Shown in pieces: positions 47,841 to 57,779 of a DNA stretch of 64,000 bases. The position numbers were made by a program, and so were the translations under genes. The notes under the pieces were generated by a model. It saw nothing but the letters and a program-made list of their open reading frames with translations. It made no database searches and had not been told where the DNA came from. The stretch lies in IMG/VR virus record IMGVR_UViG_3300033182_000678, positions 1-64,000 of that record; one strand, 5' to 3'. Within the stretch, counting starts at the first letter, position 1. Each line of letters begins with the position of its first letter. Source of the DNA: a virus.

Positions 47841-48240
47841 CTATGGGGATGTAGGACTAACGATTACCTACAACTTGAAGCTTGGATTTTTTATACCTTG
47901 TACCTAACACCCATCAGTTACGATGATTCTTCTCAAGATGGTTAATCTCATTGAAGTGAGTACAACCTCTGTGTTATTACCTTATCTCTCCAAGATTAGA
48001 TTATTCGGTCATAAAGTGGGATTTCAGTTTTACCCTTACCCACAACAAGGTCAATAGAATCGTTTCTATTATAGTTTTATCTTCAAGTACATTAAATGAT
48101 TGATGTCTCAACTACCGAAATTATTTTAACCTCAGTAGGTTCACCACAAACTCATTTCAGATTACCTTATGGGCTTCTAAAGTCTACCCATTATTCGGTC
48201 AATCCCATACAGAGTTAATTACTCTCTGTACTTTCTGATT
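47841..48240 (-). ncRNA. candidate large structured ncRNA (about 400 nt, family unassigned)
   Basis: No ORF of 60 aa or more; many hairpins, one with G-U pairs that only work on the minus strand; long-range helices; duplicated motifs; terminator downstream. Confidence 0.7.
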
Positions 48241-48358
48241 TCAAATTTTCAAAAAACTAATTTACTTAAGACCAATTAAGTAAGTTATGTTTATATATAT
48301 ATTGGAAAAATCCCAAACCGTATTTTTTTTTAATTTTTTTTTATTTTTTTTTATTTTT

Positions 48359-48766
48359 TTATTTTAACCATTCATTAACATCAATAATAGAATGAATCTT
48401 TGTAGGAATCTTTGTTAATCCATTTTCATTTGTTAATAATAGTGTGTTCTGAAACTCATCCCAATCAACCATAAACTTCTTATCTAAGATTCCATTATTC
48501 TTTGAACGAATAACTTCATTCAATGCATTGATTGTGTAGAGTGTATTTGATTGTTTCTTTCTATGAAGAGATATAGTATCTATTGTTGGTTCTTGAAAGT
48601 CTTCATTGAATTCCACATTGTAAGTGCATAACAATTGTGATGGGTCATTTACATCTGTAAAGACATAAACCTTATCATATAAAATTTTATTACAAGAAAC
48701 TATGATATCAATGGATTCATTTAGTTTGTCTTGTTTAGTGAATGTACATAGTAATTGAGTCCTCAT
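48359..48766 (-). CDS. hypothetical phage protein
   Basis: MRTQLLCTF...HRKKQSNTLYTINALN; start inferred at 48766. Confidence 0.7.
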   Translation of the reverse strand: MRTQLLCTFTKQDKLNESIDIIVSCNKILYDKVYVFTDVNDPSQLLCTYNVEFNEDFQEPTIDTISLHRKKQSNTLYTINALNEVIRSKNNGILDKKFMVDWDEFQNTLLLTNENGLTKIPTKIHSIIDVNEWLK

Positions 48767-48767
48767 A

Positions 48768-50819
48768 TTATACATCACACTTATATTTTTTATCGTATTG
48801 TTCGGCCTCTGGTACATCTCTACCGATTTTCTTATTGGCACAATATAACTTTTCTTTCATTACAGGATGTAGATTCATTTCCAAGTTAACCACAGGTTCA
48901 TATCCCAATCCTCTTTGTCTTGGTGCAATAGTAGAAATAGGAACTACATCACCACCTACTTCCGCCTGAAATACTAATTGATATTCATCATTATCATCTG
49001 GCCCTTGTATAGTTAATTTTTCTTGAACCTCATCATAATCAGTAGTTCCAAATACCTCTTTCATAACTTCTGGGTCTGCATTAACACCACCCAATGACAT
49101 TTTTTCCTCACCATCCATAAGGGATTTCAATGGAAACTTTTCTCTAATCGTATTCATTACACCTGATTTATATGGTTCTTTTACCATGTTCTCTACAAAT
49201 GATTTATTAAAATCTTTTCCTATTTGTAAATGTTTATCAAGTTCTTCTTTTGCAGATTCATCGTTAATTGGTTCACCACCTAAAGTTCTCATCATCATTA
49301 CTGAGAATTTATCTTGATACTTACCTGTAGTTTTCTTCGCATTGAATCCATTATCAATCATTGCCTGTCTTAATTCTTCTTTACTATATGGATGTTTTAA
49401 ACTCTTCATTGTTTTAACTAATACTTTACAATAATCTTTTGCCTGACCAGTTATCTTAGATAACTTAGCAATATACTCATCATCATTTTCATCTAAATCT
49501 TGTATCTTACCATGTTGTTCTTCAGATACATTCTCAAAGAACTTAGATGCATTTTGTGTTGTTTTTTCATTAAACTTTTTAGGATTTGCCTCTTCAGGTA
49601 TATTATCATTTGATTTCTCTAATATTTCTTTCTGTCTCTTTGTTAGTTCTTTATATTCATTACCTTTATCTTTTCCTGCACTTTTTAATTCTTGTTTCTT
49701 TCTTACAATCTCATCATATTCTTTTTTATCTTCAACAACACCCCACTCATCAACTGCATTTACTGATGGTTGTGATAAAAATATATCCAAATTCTTTTTC
49801 AAACTAACTTCATCTAATACACTACCATCTGGTGTTTTAACTCTCAAATACATATCAGTAGAGAATCCTTTGTTTCTACCATAGTCTGATAGTCCCATCG
49901 CCTCTACATCTCCTTTTAAATCCCATGCACCATTTTCAACTTCCCAATTACCCTCACCATATGTTGCATCTAATCTTGATTTTATACCACCACGAACACT
50001 TTCAACTGATTGTAACCAATCCTCTGATAATATAGGTTCACTACCCTTTTCATATCTTGGTGGTTTATATGGAACTAAAGTTCCATCTTTTAGTTTTTTC
50101 ATTTGTTGTGGTAATTTTTCATTATGTTTTCTGATTGTGTCCATAAGATTTTTCATCTCATCATCAGTAAGTGTTGGGCCAATCATAGATAATACCTCTG
50201 CAGCTTGTGCCTGTATCTTACCTGCACCTGATGCATTAATCATTGATGTGATAGGTGGTGTAGTTTGATTTACATATCTTGAATTAATTAATCTTTCTAC
50301 AAGTTTAATATATTTCTTTGGAACTTTAGATGGTGAACCAAATATATCATCTGGTAACTTTGTTGGACTCTCACCCTCTTTTAATTTTTGTTGTTCAGGT
50401 TTAGACTTTTCATATTCCTCATCACTTGGTTCTACATCTTTTTGATAATAATCATTATCAACATCACTTAATGACTTATCTTTTTCACTTTTTGGTTGTT
50501 CTTTTTCACCTTTTTCGCTATCATCGCCCCCACTTCCACCGACAGGAACTAATTCACCATCTTTTGAAGTGTGAGTTACTTTATCATCTTTACCATAATT
50601 ACCAAATCCCATATGTGTTAATCCAAGTTTCTTTGCTTGGTCACTTGTTTTGGATTCAGTAAGATTGTGTATGAGTTCTATGCGTGCTTCTATGGGCCAG
50701 TTAAACTCTTTCAACACATCAAACAATTTAATTAAGTGTTGTTCGTTGTTTAAATTAGGCACCCCATCTCTAACACGATAGGATAATTCGGTTAGTATTT
50801 TACTTAGTTCGTTTTTCAT
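48768..50819 (-). CDS. large hypothetical protein, possibly with a nuclease-like domain
   Basis: Long ORF; TDMY...EVSLKK resembles a PD-(D/E)XK variant (weak). Confidence 0.55.
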   Translation of the reverse strand: MKNELSKILTELSYRVRDGVPNLNNEQHLIKLFDVLKEFNWPIEARIELIHNLTESKTSDQAKKLGLTHMGFGNYGKDDKVTHTSKDGELVPVGGSGGDDSEKGEKEQPKSEKDKSLSDVDNDYYQKDVEPSDEEYEKSKPEQQKLKEGESPTKLPDDIFGSPSKVPKKYIKLVERLINSRYVNQTTPPITSMINASGAGKIQAQAAEVLSMIGPTLTDDEMKNLMDTIRKHNEKLPQQMKKLKDGTLVPYKPPRYEKGSEPILSEDWLQSVESVRGGIKSRLDATYGEGNWEVENGAWDLKGDVEAMGLSDYGRNKGFSTDMYLRVKTPDGSVLDEVSLKKNLDIFLSQPSVNAVDEWGVVEDKKEYDEIVRKKQELKSAGKDKGNEYKELTKRQKEILEKSNDNIPEEANPKKFNEKTTQNASKFFENVSEEQHGKIQDLDENDDEYIAKLSKITGQAKDYCKVLVKTMKSLKHPYSKEELRQAMIDNGFNAKKTTGKYQDKFSVMMMRTLGGEPINDESAKEELDKHLQIGKDFNKSFVENMVKEPYKSGVMNTIREKFPLKSLMDGEEKMSLGGVNADPEVMKEVFGTTDYDEVQEKLTIQGPDDNDEYQLVFQAEVGGDVVPISTIAPRQRGLGYEPVVNLEMNLHPVMKEKLYCANKKIGRDVPEAEQYDKKYKCDV

Positions 50820-51045
50820 CACCAAATATTATTGTGATTCCATCCTTTTCTAATCTTCTGTCTTGATGTAGTAATTCCATCTCTTCATCTGAGATATGTA
50901 TTACGGTTGGTTTATTGAAATCAACTTTCTTAATCATTGGATTTGTAACTGCTTCGTTTTCAATCTGCTGTTGTGTTTTAAAAGGTGGTTTGTCCTTTGC
51001 AGTTTGAACTTTACCCAACTCTTGAACTATGTCTGATAGTTTCAT
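50800..51045 (-). CDS. hypothetical protein
   Basis: MKLSDIVQE N-terminus, ATGA overlap. Confidence 0.6.
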   Translation of the reverse strand: MKLSDIVQELGKVQTAKDKPPFKTQQQIENEAVTNPMIKKVDFNKPTVIHISDEEMELLHQDRRLEKDGITIIFGDEKRTK

Positions 51046-52313
51046 TTAAATTTCTCCGTTATATCTTTCATTTCATGGTAATTACTACCCATTGAAACTC
51101 TTGTAGGATACTTTCCATTTTGTTCAAGTATCTTTTTTATTTTGTTTAAGTAATTTAATCCATCTGATAAATCAAAGTCAAATAAGAATGCATCGTAATT
51201 ATAAAGAACTAATTTACTTTTATCATCTTGAATCTCAGGTAAAAGTTCTTCCAATATCAACATATTGTTTTCTGTCTCCATCAATTGAATCATATAATTA
51301 AATAATTTATTAGGATTCATATCAGATAGATTCTTCCTACTTATTTCTCTACTATAAATATCAGATTTTATGATTTTATTCCCTTTCCAACGACTCCAAA
51401 GGTCTTGAACATACTTATCTACTTTACTGAAAAATGGATTATCTTTTATTTCATTTGTGATACCACCATACAAATACTTAAATGTTAATGCCTTACCATC
51501 ATCGTAACTTAATCCATAGGTGTCTGCCAAGTGTTGGTGAACACTACCATTTGGAAACTCATAACCTATTTTATCACCAATCAATCTTGGATGATAGGCA
51601 TCGTAATCAAACTCCACCAATACCCCATTTTTAAATCTACTTACAAACTTCTTTCTACTACCATCTTTTTTATTTAGTGCTGCAAAGTTCATACCACCAA
51701 ATCTATTACTTGGACGACCTGTTGAAGTATAGGGATTATATTCTGAATAAACCAATCCATTTGTAGTTTGGATTCCATTATCCTCTACCTTAGATAAAAC
51801 TTCTAAGATACTTTGGTCATAATAATCTTTGTCTTCCATGTATCCTAATAAATCCATAGATACCTTTGAGAAATACTCACCATGTTTCACCAATGGAATC
51901 ACATCATTGATATTCTCTTTATCATAATGTGTTCTGTAATACCAATGGTGTGCATTGGTTAGGTGTTTATCCATGTCGTATGGTTCATTTGTTTTCATGT
52001 AGTGACGCCAATTCATATCCACTAACCCAAATACCTTATCACATTCAATCATTGAGTTATGTAGGAATGACTTCATATCACTCACACATACTTTACTATC
52101 CTCAACATCAAGTGTTTCTATAGTTCCGAACTTCTCATTATGATTAACAGGCACAATGTATTCTCGTAGTATTGTTCTGATATAGAAACAAGATACACGA
52201 TTCTCTTTAGGATGTTTATTCACATCCGATAACATTTGTAAGTAGATGAAGTTTTGGGTCTTCAATTTATTTTTTAAAGACTCCCACTTCTCCTTAGAAT
52301 TTATTATAACCAT
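51042..52313 (-). CDS. truncated family A DNA polymerase-like protein
   Basis: TSTGRPS, EFDYDAYHPR (motif A), K..TF..LYG (motif B), YNYDAF (motif C). Confidence 0.8.
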   Translation of the reverse strand: MVIINSKEKWESLKNKLKTQNFIYLQMLSDVNKHPKENRVSCFYIRTILREYIVPVNHNEKFGTIETLDVEDSKVCVSDMKSFLHNSMIECDKVFGLVDMNWRHYMKTNEPYDMDKHLTNAHHWYYRTHYDKENINDVIPLVKHGEYFSKVSMDLLGYMEDKDYYDQSILEVLSKVEDNGIQTTNGLVYSEYNPYTSTGRPSNRFGGMNFAALNKKDGSRKKFVSRFKNGVLVEFDYDAYHPRLIGDKIGYEFPNGSVHQHLADTYGLSYDDGKALTFKYLYGGITNEIKDNPFFSKVDKYVQDLWSRWKGNKIIKSDIYSREISRKNLSDMNPNKLFNYMIQLMETENNMLILEELLPEIQDDKSKLVLYNYDAFLFDFDLSDGLNYLNKIKKILEQNGKYPTRVSMGSNYHEMKDITEKFK

Positions 52314-53201
52314 TTAACCTATTTTGTATTTCACATAAGTAACTATCTGTTCTGCAATGTTTGTTTTACAATATTTATCCATACCCTCAAAACCAGGTGA
52401 TGAGTTTACTTCACAGATTTTGTATCCACCATTATCAAATAATAAATCAACACCTGCGATATCTAAATCTAACAACCTTGATGATTCACCTGCAATCCAT
52501 TCTATATCTTCTGATATCTGAAATGGAATACCCTCACCACCACGAGTGATGTTTGCTCTAAAATCATCATCAGTAGATTGCCTCATCATACAACCCACTA
52601 CTTTACCATTAATTACTAATACTCTTAAATCTTTTCCATAACTATCTTTCACATATTCTTGAATGATAATATCATAATTCTCATTGGTGATTTCTGCCAT
52701 TTTTAATAATTGTTTTAATTGTGTTTTGTTATCTGCCATAAACACACCTGCACCAAATGAACCACTTAATGTTTTGATAATACAAGGATACCCAATACTC
52801 TGTTGAATAAAATCTACATCAATTGGATGTTTCACCAACATAGTTTTAGGAACAGGTAGATTTGATTGTCCAAGTATTTGTTGAGTGTATAACTTATCTT
52901 TAACATTATCTATTGCATAACTTCCATTAATAAGTATCACACCGATTCTCTCTAAATGACGAATAATTGCCTTAATGTAATAAGTTGTTCCACTACCTGT
53001 TCTTGGAATTACGAAATCTGGTAATTGTCTTGACTTACCTTTTACTCTGATACTCTTTCTATCTTCTCTATCCACCAATATATCTACATCTTGTGGATTC
53101 ACAACATGAATCTTGATATCTTGTTTCTCAAACTCCTCTACTAATCTCTGAGTCTCGTATGACTCATTGATGTCCTTTTTATATAATATCCATCCCGTCA
53201 T
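52314..53201 (-). CDS. rimK: RimK-family ATP-grasp alpha-L-glutamate ligase
   Basis: DK, PVPKT, GSFGAGV, QEYV, DLRV, FRANITRGG, GVDLL, EVNSSPGFEG. Confidence 0.9.
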   Translation of the reverse strand: MTGWILYKKDINESYETQRLVEEFEKQDIKIHVVNPQDVDILVDREDRKSIRVKGKSRQLPDFVIPRTGSGTTYYIKAIIRHLERIGVILINGSYAIDNVKDKLYTQQILGQSNLPVPKTMLVKHPIDVDFIQQSIGYPCIIKTLSGSFGAGVFMADNKTQLKQLLKMAEITNENYDIIIQEYVKDSYGKDLRVLVINGKVVGCMMRQSTDDDFRANITRGGEGIPFQISEDIEWIAGESSRLLDLDIAGVDLLFDNGGYKICEVNSSPGFEGMDKYCKTNIAEQIVTYVKYKIG

Positions 53202-53902
53202 TAATCTAAATAAATTTCACTCCATAGTTTTGTGGTTTCAGGAAATGTTTTCAACATAATCTCTTTTAATCCTCTGGCATATTCTTGTATCTCTACTTGT
53301 GATGTTGCCTCATCTCGTAGTTCAATAAAATTCATAATACTTTGAAATGATGCTGTCCACCAAACTTTTGTATAGACTGTTAATGGTAATATACTTCTGG
53401 CTTGTTCTTTTGCCATTCCCATATCTAATAGTTGTCTGTAACAAGAGATTGCAACATTCTGTCCCATTTCCCAAACTTTTTTTGCATTCTTTTGATTCTC
53501 CACTAACCCATCACTTGCCTGTTTGTTATCTTCTGATTGTTTTCTAAATTCTGTTGGTTCATAAAATTCATCATAAGGAACATACCTACCACTAATCTCA
53601 TTCCATGCATGGTCTTTAGTAGGATGATTACTTGTGGTTTCAATACCTACGACATGTTTGTATGCTTGTCTCATAACAAATTCAGGTGCCTTAATTATAA
53701 ACATACAATGTTGATGTCTAAAAGGACTGAAATGTTTATGTTTAATCAAATACTTGGATAGTTTCCTATCTTTCTCCGTAAATGTTTCACTAAACCCATC
53801 AAACGAAACTCTCGCCGCATTTACTGGTGTTAAATCATCACCAAGTGTATCCACTAATTCAATATATCCTTTATCCAATATATCAATTTTCATTTTGTTC
53901 AC
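53201..53902 (-). CDS. thyX: flavin-dependent thymidylate synthase
   Basis: AARVS, HFSPF, NEISGRY, EQARSILP, LR...Q.EI. Confidence 0.93.
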   Translation of the reverse strand: MNKMKIDILDKGYIELVDTLGDDLTPVNAARVSFDGFSETFTEKDRKLSKYLIKHKHFSPFRHQHCMFIIKAPEFVMRQAYKHVVGIETTSNHPTKDHAWNEISGRYVPYDEFYEPTEFRKQSEDNKQASDGLVENQKNAKKVWEMGQNVAISCYRQLLDMGMAKEQARSILPLTVYTKVWWTASFQSIMNFIELRDEATSQVEIQEYARGLKEIMLKTFPETTKLWSEIYLD

Positions 53903-54224
53903 TCCTAATTTTAGTTGCAGATATTTCTCCTATTTCTTTAGGTGGTTCATGTTCAATTATATCATAACCCACTCCTCTACCATAATTTACAGATTCAATA
54001 TCTGGTATTATCATAACCTTTACTTGTCCAACTCTTATATAGTCTTGTAATTCTAAACTTATATTATCAAATACTTCTTCACTCGTATATGGATTATTTT
54101 CGTCTGGTATCATATCACGAATACACACCAAAACATTTTTACCAAGTTTTAATCTTTGTTCAATCAACCATTGATGACCTTTATGCCATGGTTGCCATCT
54201 ACCTATAAACATTGAGTATTTCAT
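53883..54224 (-). CDS. HIGH-motif nucleotidyltransferase (cytidylyltransferase-like)
   Basis: GRWQPWHKGH, ISATKIR. Confidence 0.85.
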   Translation of the reverse strand: MKYSMFIGRWQPWHKGHQWLIEQRLKLGKNVLVCIRDMIPDENNPYTSEEVFDNISLELQDYIRVGQVKVMIIPDIESVNYGRGVGYDIIEHEPPKEIGEISATKIRSEQNEN

Positions 54225-54615
54225 CAATACACTCCTCAATTGGTTTGTCTGTATTTATTTCTGTAAAATTTTCTGTTGGTGGTTCAAAAGTATCAACATG
54301 ATATTCCTCTCGTAATGTTCTTGTTGAATTAAGATAAAATACATCTCCAAATCTCAAATCACGATAAGGTGAAACTAACGATACCAATACACAATAACCC
54401 TTACTCTCCATGACCTTTGCCATATTAATTGCAAACTTAATGTTCTTTCTACGACCTTTTTCTGAATAATCTTTATTATCTAAAATATCTCTTAAATCAT
54501 CACCATCAATTTGAAATGTCTTTTCACAATACCCCATTGAAACAAGAGTTTCTGAAAGTTCGTTACTTAGTGTTGTTTTACCAGAACCTGGTTGACCTGT
54601 AAACCATAGAATCAT
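54199..54615 (-). CDS. cysC: adenylyl-sulfate kinase-like protein
   Basis: WFTGQPGSGKTT, IDGDDLR, YS..GR..N, VSPY, FEPP. Confidence 0.8.
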   Translation of the reverse strand: MILWFTGQPGSGKTTLSNELSETLVSMGYCEKTFQIDGDDLRDILDNKDYSEKGRRKNIKFAINMAKVMESKGYCVLVSLVSPYRDLRFGDVFYLNSTRTLREEYHVDTFEPPTENFTEINTDKPIEECIDEILNVYR

Positions 54616-54670
54616 TATAACCTCATTAATTTACTAATAAATATATTAATTATTTCTCAAAATAGATTTT

Positions 54671-57481
54671 TTATGATTTATATTTGATTATTCCAGAACT
54701 ATTAGTATATGTTCTACCAGTTTGCATTGCTTTTAATACATTGTCTTCATATTCTTTACCAGGATTAGTAACGGTAGTGTTTCCCTTTACAGATTTTGCA
54801 GAGTACTCATTGTTTTTACTCTTTAATTTTTTTGCAAGGTCTTTATATGCGTCATCTATACTACCAAAACCATCGTAATTTTTAATTTCAATTGATTCGT
54901 CATTATTATATTTTCTTCTTTGTCTTAATGCTTGAATATTAACTTGCATAATTGCCTCAAGTTTTGTGAACCAACCACCAGGTGTAATATCATGTCCGAT
55001 TTTTGTTATCATGAAGTGAGTTGCCTGACGATATATTTTTGGTAAATAATCCACTACAAATAAGTTACCTATTCTTAAACCACCAGTACCATCAATCGTT
55101 AAACTTAATCTTATTGGTATAGGTATTGTTGAAGAATAATATTTACCTGCCTCACGAACTGAACCTTGTGCCTCATTAATTTTAAATAGAAAAACTTTTT
55201 CAAAGTATTCATCCATCTCACCACCTGTATCATATAATTTACTGATTTCTAAAGTTGGCCAATATAAGTATTTACCTTCTTCTTTTAACTCTTTTGCAAT
55301 CTCTTCTATCTCACCTGAATACTTATCATTTACTTTTTGAATCTTTTTTATTTTTTTTCTTGTAGATTTATCCACTTCATCTACTAATCTAAAGTTAAAA
55401 CCTTGTCCTGAAGTACTCATAAGTGGGTTAGGTTCAGATGTTGGTTTTATATTACCAGATTCACCATATTTGCTAATTGTTGAACCAGGTGTTAAGTTTT
55501 GTTCAATTGCAAAAACAATTTCTTTCATAACTTCGTCAGGTGTTGATTTTTTTTGAAGATTTTTAGTTCCTGTTGTATTAAATAATAATCCAAGTGCACG
55601 AACACCCAAATCATCCATACCATGTGGTGGTGAACCACTATTGTTTTCAATATTTGCCTGACCACCATAAACCGCCTGAACTGCCATTTGTGAATTCATC
55701 TTTACATCTAAACTAAAATCTTTCACTATTGACTTATCACTATAGAGTGGCATTAAGAACATTTTATTAGGATTTGTCTTACCTTTTTCATAGTTTAAGT
55801 AATCACCTATATTTTGTGAAGAATTACTAACTAAGTCTCTGTATCCTGTATCATAATCCAAATCAGTTGGTACTCCTGTAGACCCATGATACTCAACCAT
55901 TCCAATTCTACCAGTATCAAAGTCATCATTAACCACATCAAATGACCAAAAGTTTCCATATAATGATGAGACTGCACTCCAAAAACTTTTCAGTCCTTGT
56001 TCTATACTTGTGATACCTGTAAAATGTTGTGTAAGAAATCCTGTAGGGAAAACCATATTTCTAATAACACCCGCACCTGTTAGTGAATGGATTTTTAGGT
56101 GTTCTGATTGTTTTTTAAGCTCTTCATCTATTTTATACTCAAATGATGGAAAGTGTTTATCTATAGTTTTAAATAATCCTATCACTTCTTTTTTACTGTC
56201 TGGTGGGTCTTGTTCAAATGTATTTTTACCAGGTAGAATACAGGTTGTTAATCCATGTGATACTAAAAATGGATGTGATTTACAAAGATTATTATACTCT
56301 TTATATGTTCCATCACCATCCTCATCAAGAAAAGAAGTACTTCTAATTGATGTTCTAAATTTATCATCATATGGTTGGTCAACATCTTTACCAAATGAGT
56401 TTGCAGGTGTTTGTTTACTCATGAGTGAAAAATAATGATTCAAAACAATATCTTCAAACCAACCCCAACTCACATATCCTCTTACAGGGCCACCCCATCT
56501 AAGTAAATCAATACCACTCCAATTAGTTACATGAAGTGCACCATTTTTATATTTGTAAGAAAATTCATCCTTAACTGCCTTTTGTGAAGTATTTACGGTA
56601 TAATCTTCAACTACCTTATCTAAATTTTCTATTACGGATTCAAATGCACTAAAGTTTCTTTCAAATCTTGTTATTGTTTCTTTACTTACATTTTCACTCT
56701 TTGATGTAGATTCTGCGATTCTTCCTATAATATCATCAACACCACCTTTTTGTATGTGTTGACCTAATACATTAATACCTTGAGATGCAATATCAAAACT
56801 ACACTCATATATACCTGATGAATTTATATTGAATGAAAAGTTAACTATAACACCCAACATTCCATTATAATTACCACTTGAAGTTTCATTAATTCTTGTT
56901 AATTGAGATTGCATATTAACAAATGAACTGAAATCTGTTTTTTCATATGATACACCAGTATCTATTTCTTCTGTTGAGTATCCAAATTCTAAAAATATTA
57001 AATTACCATGTTTTAAAAAACCCTCTTGTAATACTTCAAATTCTCTTGGGTTAGGAACTTGAAAACTTACGGTAGCTTTATTCATAAAAAAGTTTTTTGT
57101 ATCAACACTAATATTTGTAATACCAGAAGCACCTCTAAATATTTCGTTTTTATCAAGTGTATAGATATTTCCTTTATTACTTCGTGATTTTAATGGATTT
57201 TGTGTTGAGATATTTTCTTGTATTATGGTTCCATCTTTATATGCAGAACTTAATCTCATCAAACCTAATTCTTCTAATGCCTTACCTTGGTCATCCAATA
57301 CGAATCTTGGTGTAGTACATCTTGCCCACACTCCTTTTGTAATCATTGTTCCCCATGGTGAATCATTACTATTATAGTCTGTGGTTTCAAGCATACCATT
57401 GACTTTGTTTTTTGATATGCGTTCCATTTTTTTTAAAAGGTTTTTTTGGACGAAGGGTGCTATGTTGGTTCTAAATCTCAT
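54671..57481 (-). CDS. putative baseplate hub / tail-associated protein
   Basis: Follows the LysM wedge gene; LEFGY, LTIDG.GG...G..F, F.I.KI.H.I...GW.T.L. Confidence 0.6.
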   Translation of the reverse strand: MRFRTNIAPFVQKNLLKKMERISKNKVNGMLETTDYNSNDSPWGTMITKGVWARCTTPRFVLDDQGKALEELGLMRLSSAYKDGTIIQENISTQNPLKSRSNKGNIYTLDKNEIFRGASGITNISVDTKNFFMNKATVSFQVPNPREFEVLQEGFLKHGNLIFLEFGYSTEEIDTGVSYEKTDFSSFVNMQSQLTRINETSSGNYNGMLGVIVNFSFNINSSGIYECSFDIASQGINVLGQHIQKGGVDDIIGRIAESTSKSENVSKETITRFERNFSAFESVIENLDKVVEDYTVNTSQKAVKDEFSYKYKNGALHVTNWSGIDLLRWGGPVRGYVSWGWFEDIVLNHYFSLMSKQTPANSFGKDVDQPYDDKFRTSIRSTSFLDEDGDGTYKEYNNLCKSHPFLVSHGLTTCILPGKNTFEQDPPDSKKEVIGLFKTIDKHFPSFEYKIDEELKKQSEHLKIHSLTGAGVIRNMVFPTGFLTQHFTGITSIEQGLKSFWSAVSSLYGNFWSFDVVNDDFDTGRIGMVEYHGSTGVPTDLDYDTGYRDLVSNSSQNIGDYLNYEKGKTNPNKMFLMPLYSDKSIVKDFSLDVKMNSQMAVQAVYGGQANIENNSGSPPHGMDDLGVRALGLLFNTTGTKNLQKKSTPDEVMKEIVFAIEQNLTPGSTISKYGESGNIKPTSEPNPLMSTSGQGFNFRLVDEVDKSTRKKIKKIQKVNDKYSGEIEEIAKELKEEGKYLYWPTLEISKLYDTGGEMDEYFEKVFLFKINEAQGSVREAGKYYSSTIPIPIRLSLTIDGTGGLRIGNLFVVDYLPKIYRQATHFMITKIGHDITPGGWFTKLEAIMQVNIQALRQRRKYNNDESIEIKNYDGFGSIDDAYKDLAKKLKSKNNEYSAKSVKGNTTVTNPGKEYEDNVLKAMQTGRTYTNSSGIIKYKS

Positions 57482-57773
57482 TTAATCTATTTAATTCACT
57501 TATTAGTTCATCTATTTCAGTAGGAATAAATAGTTCTTGACCAGCGATGGGATAAATACTATCAGTAAATTTATTTCTTCTTGCAATAATCCAATATTTG
57601 TCCACATCACCATAATAATCAAATGCAAGTTTAGTTAAGTTATCACCATACTTTGCGATAATTCTAATATCGGAATCTTGTTCCTCAACTATTGGATACT
57701 TAGTTCTACTTAAATACCGAACTCCTGTATCTTTATCTTTTCTGATTGTTTGAAATCTATATCTTCTCATCAC
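57471..57773 (-). CDS. LysM-type baseplate wedge / tail-X-like protein
   Basis: GDNLTKLAFDYYGD...YWIIARRN...GQELFIP. Confidence 0.8.
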   Translation of the reverse strand: MMRRYRFQTIRKDKDTGVRYLSRTKYPIVEEQDSDIRIIAKYGDNLTKLAFDYYGDVDKYWIIARRNKFTDSIYPIAGQELFIPTEIDELISELNRLNEI

Positions 57774-57779
57774 TTAATC

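Noticed and set aside
47976-48201. CRISPR array
   Set aside because: Only two copies of 10-12 nt motifs with no regular spacers
47841-48240. tmRNA, RNase P RNA, tRNA or group I intron as identity of the structured region
   Set aside because: Plus-strand GGGGATGTA resembles a tmRNA start, but no T-arm/CCA end was found; no GAGGAAAGUCC; no cloverleaf; no interrupted gene
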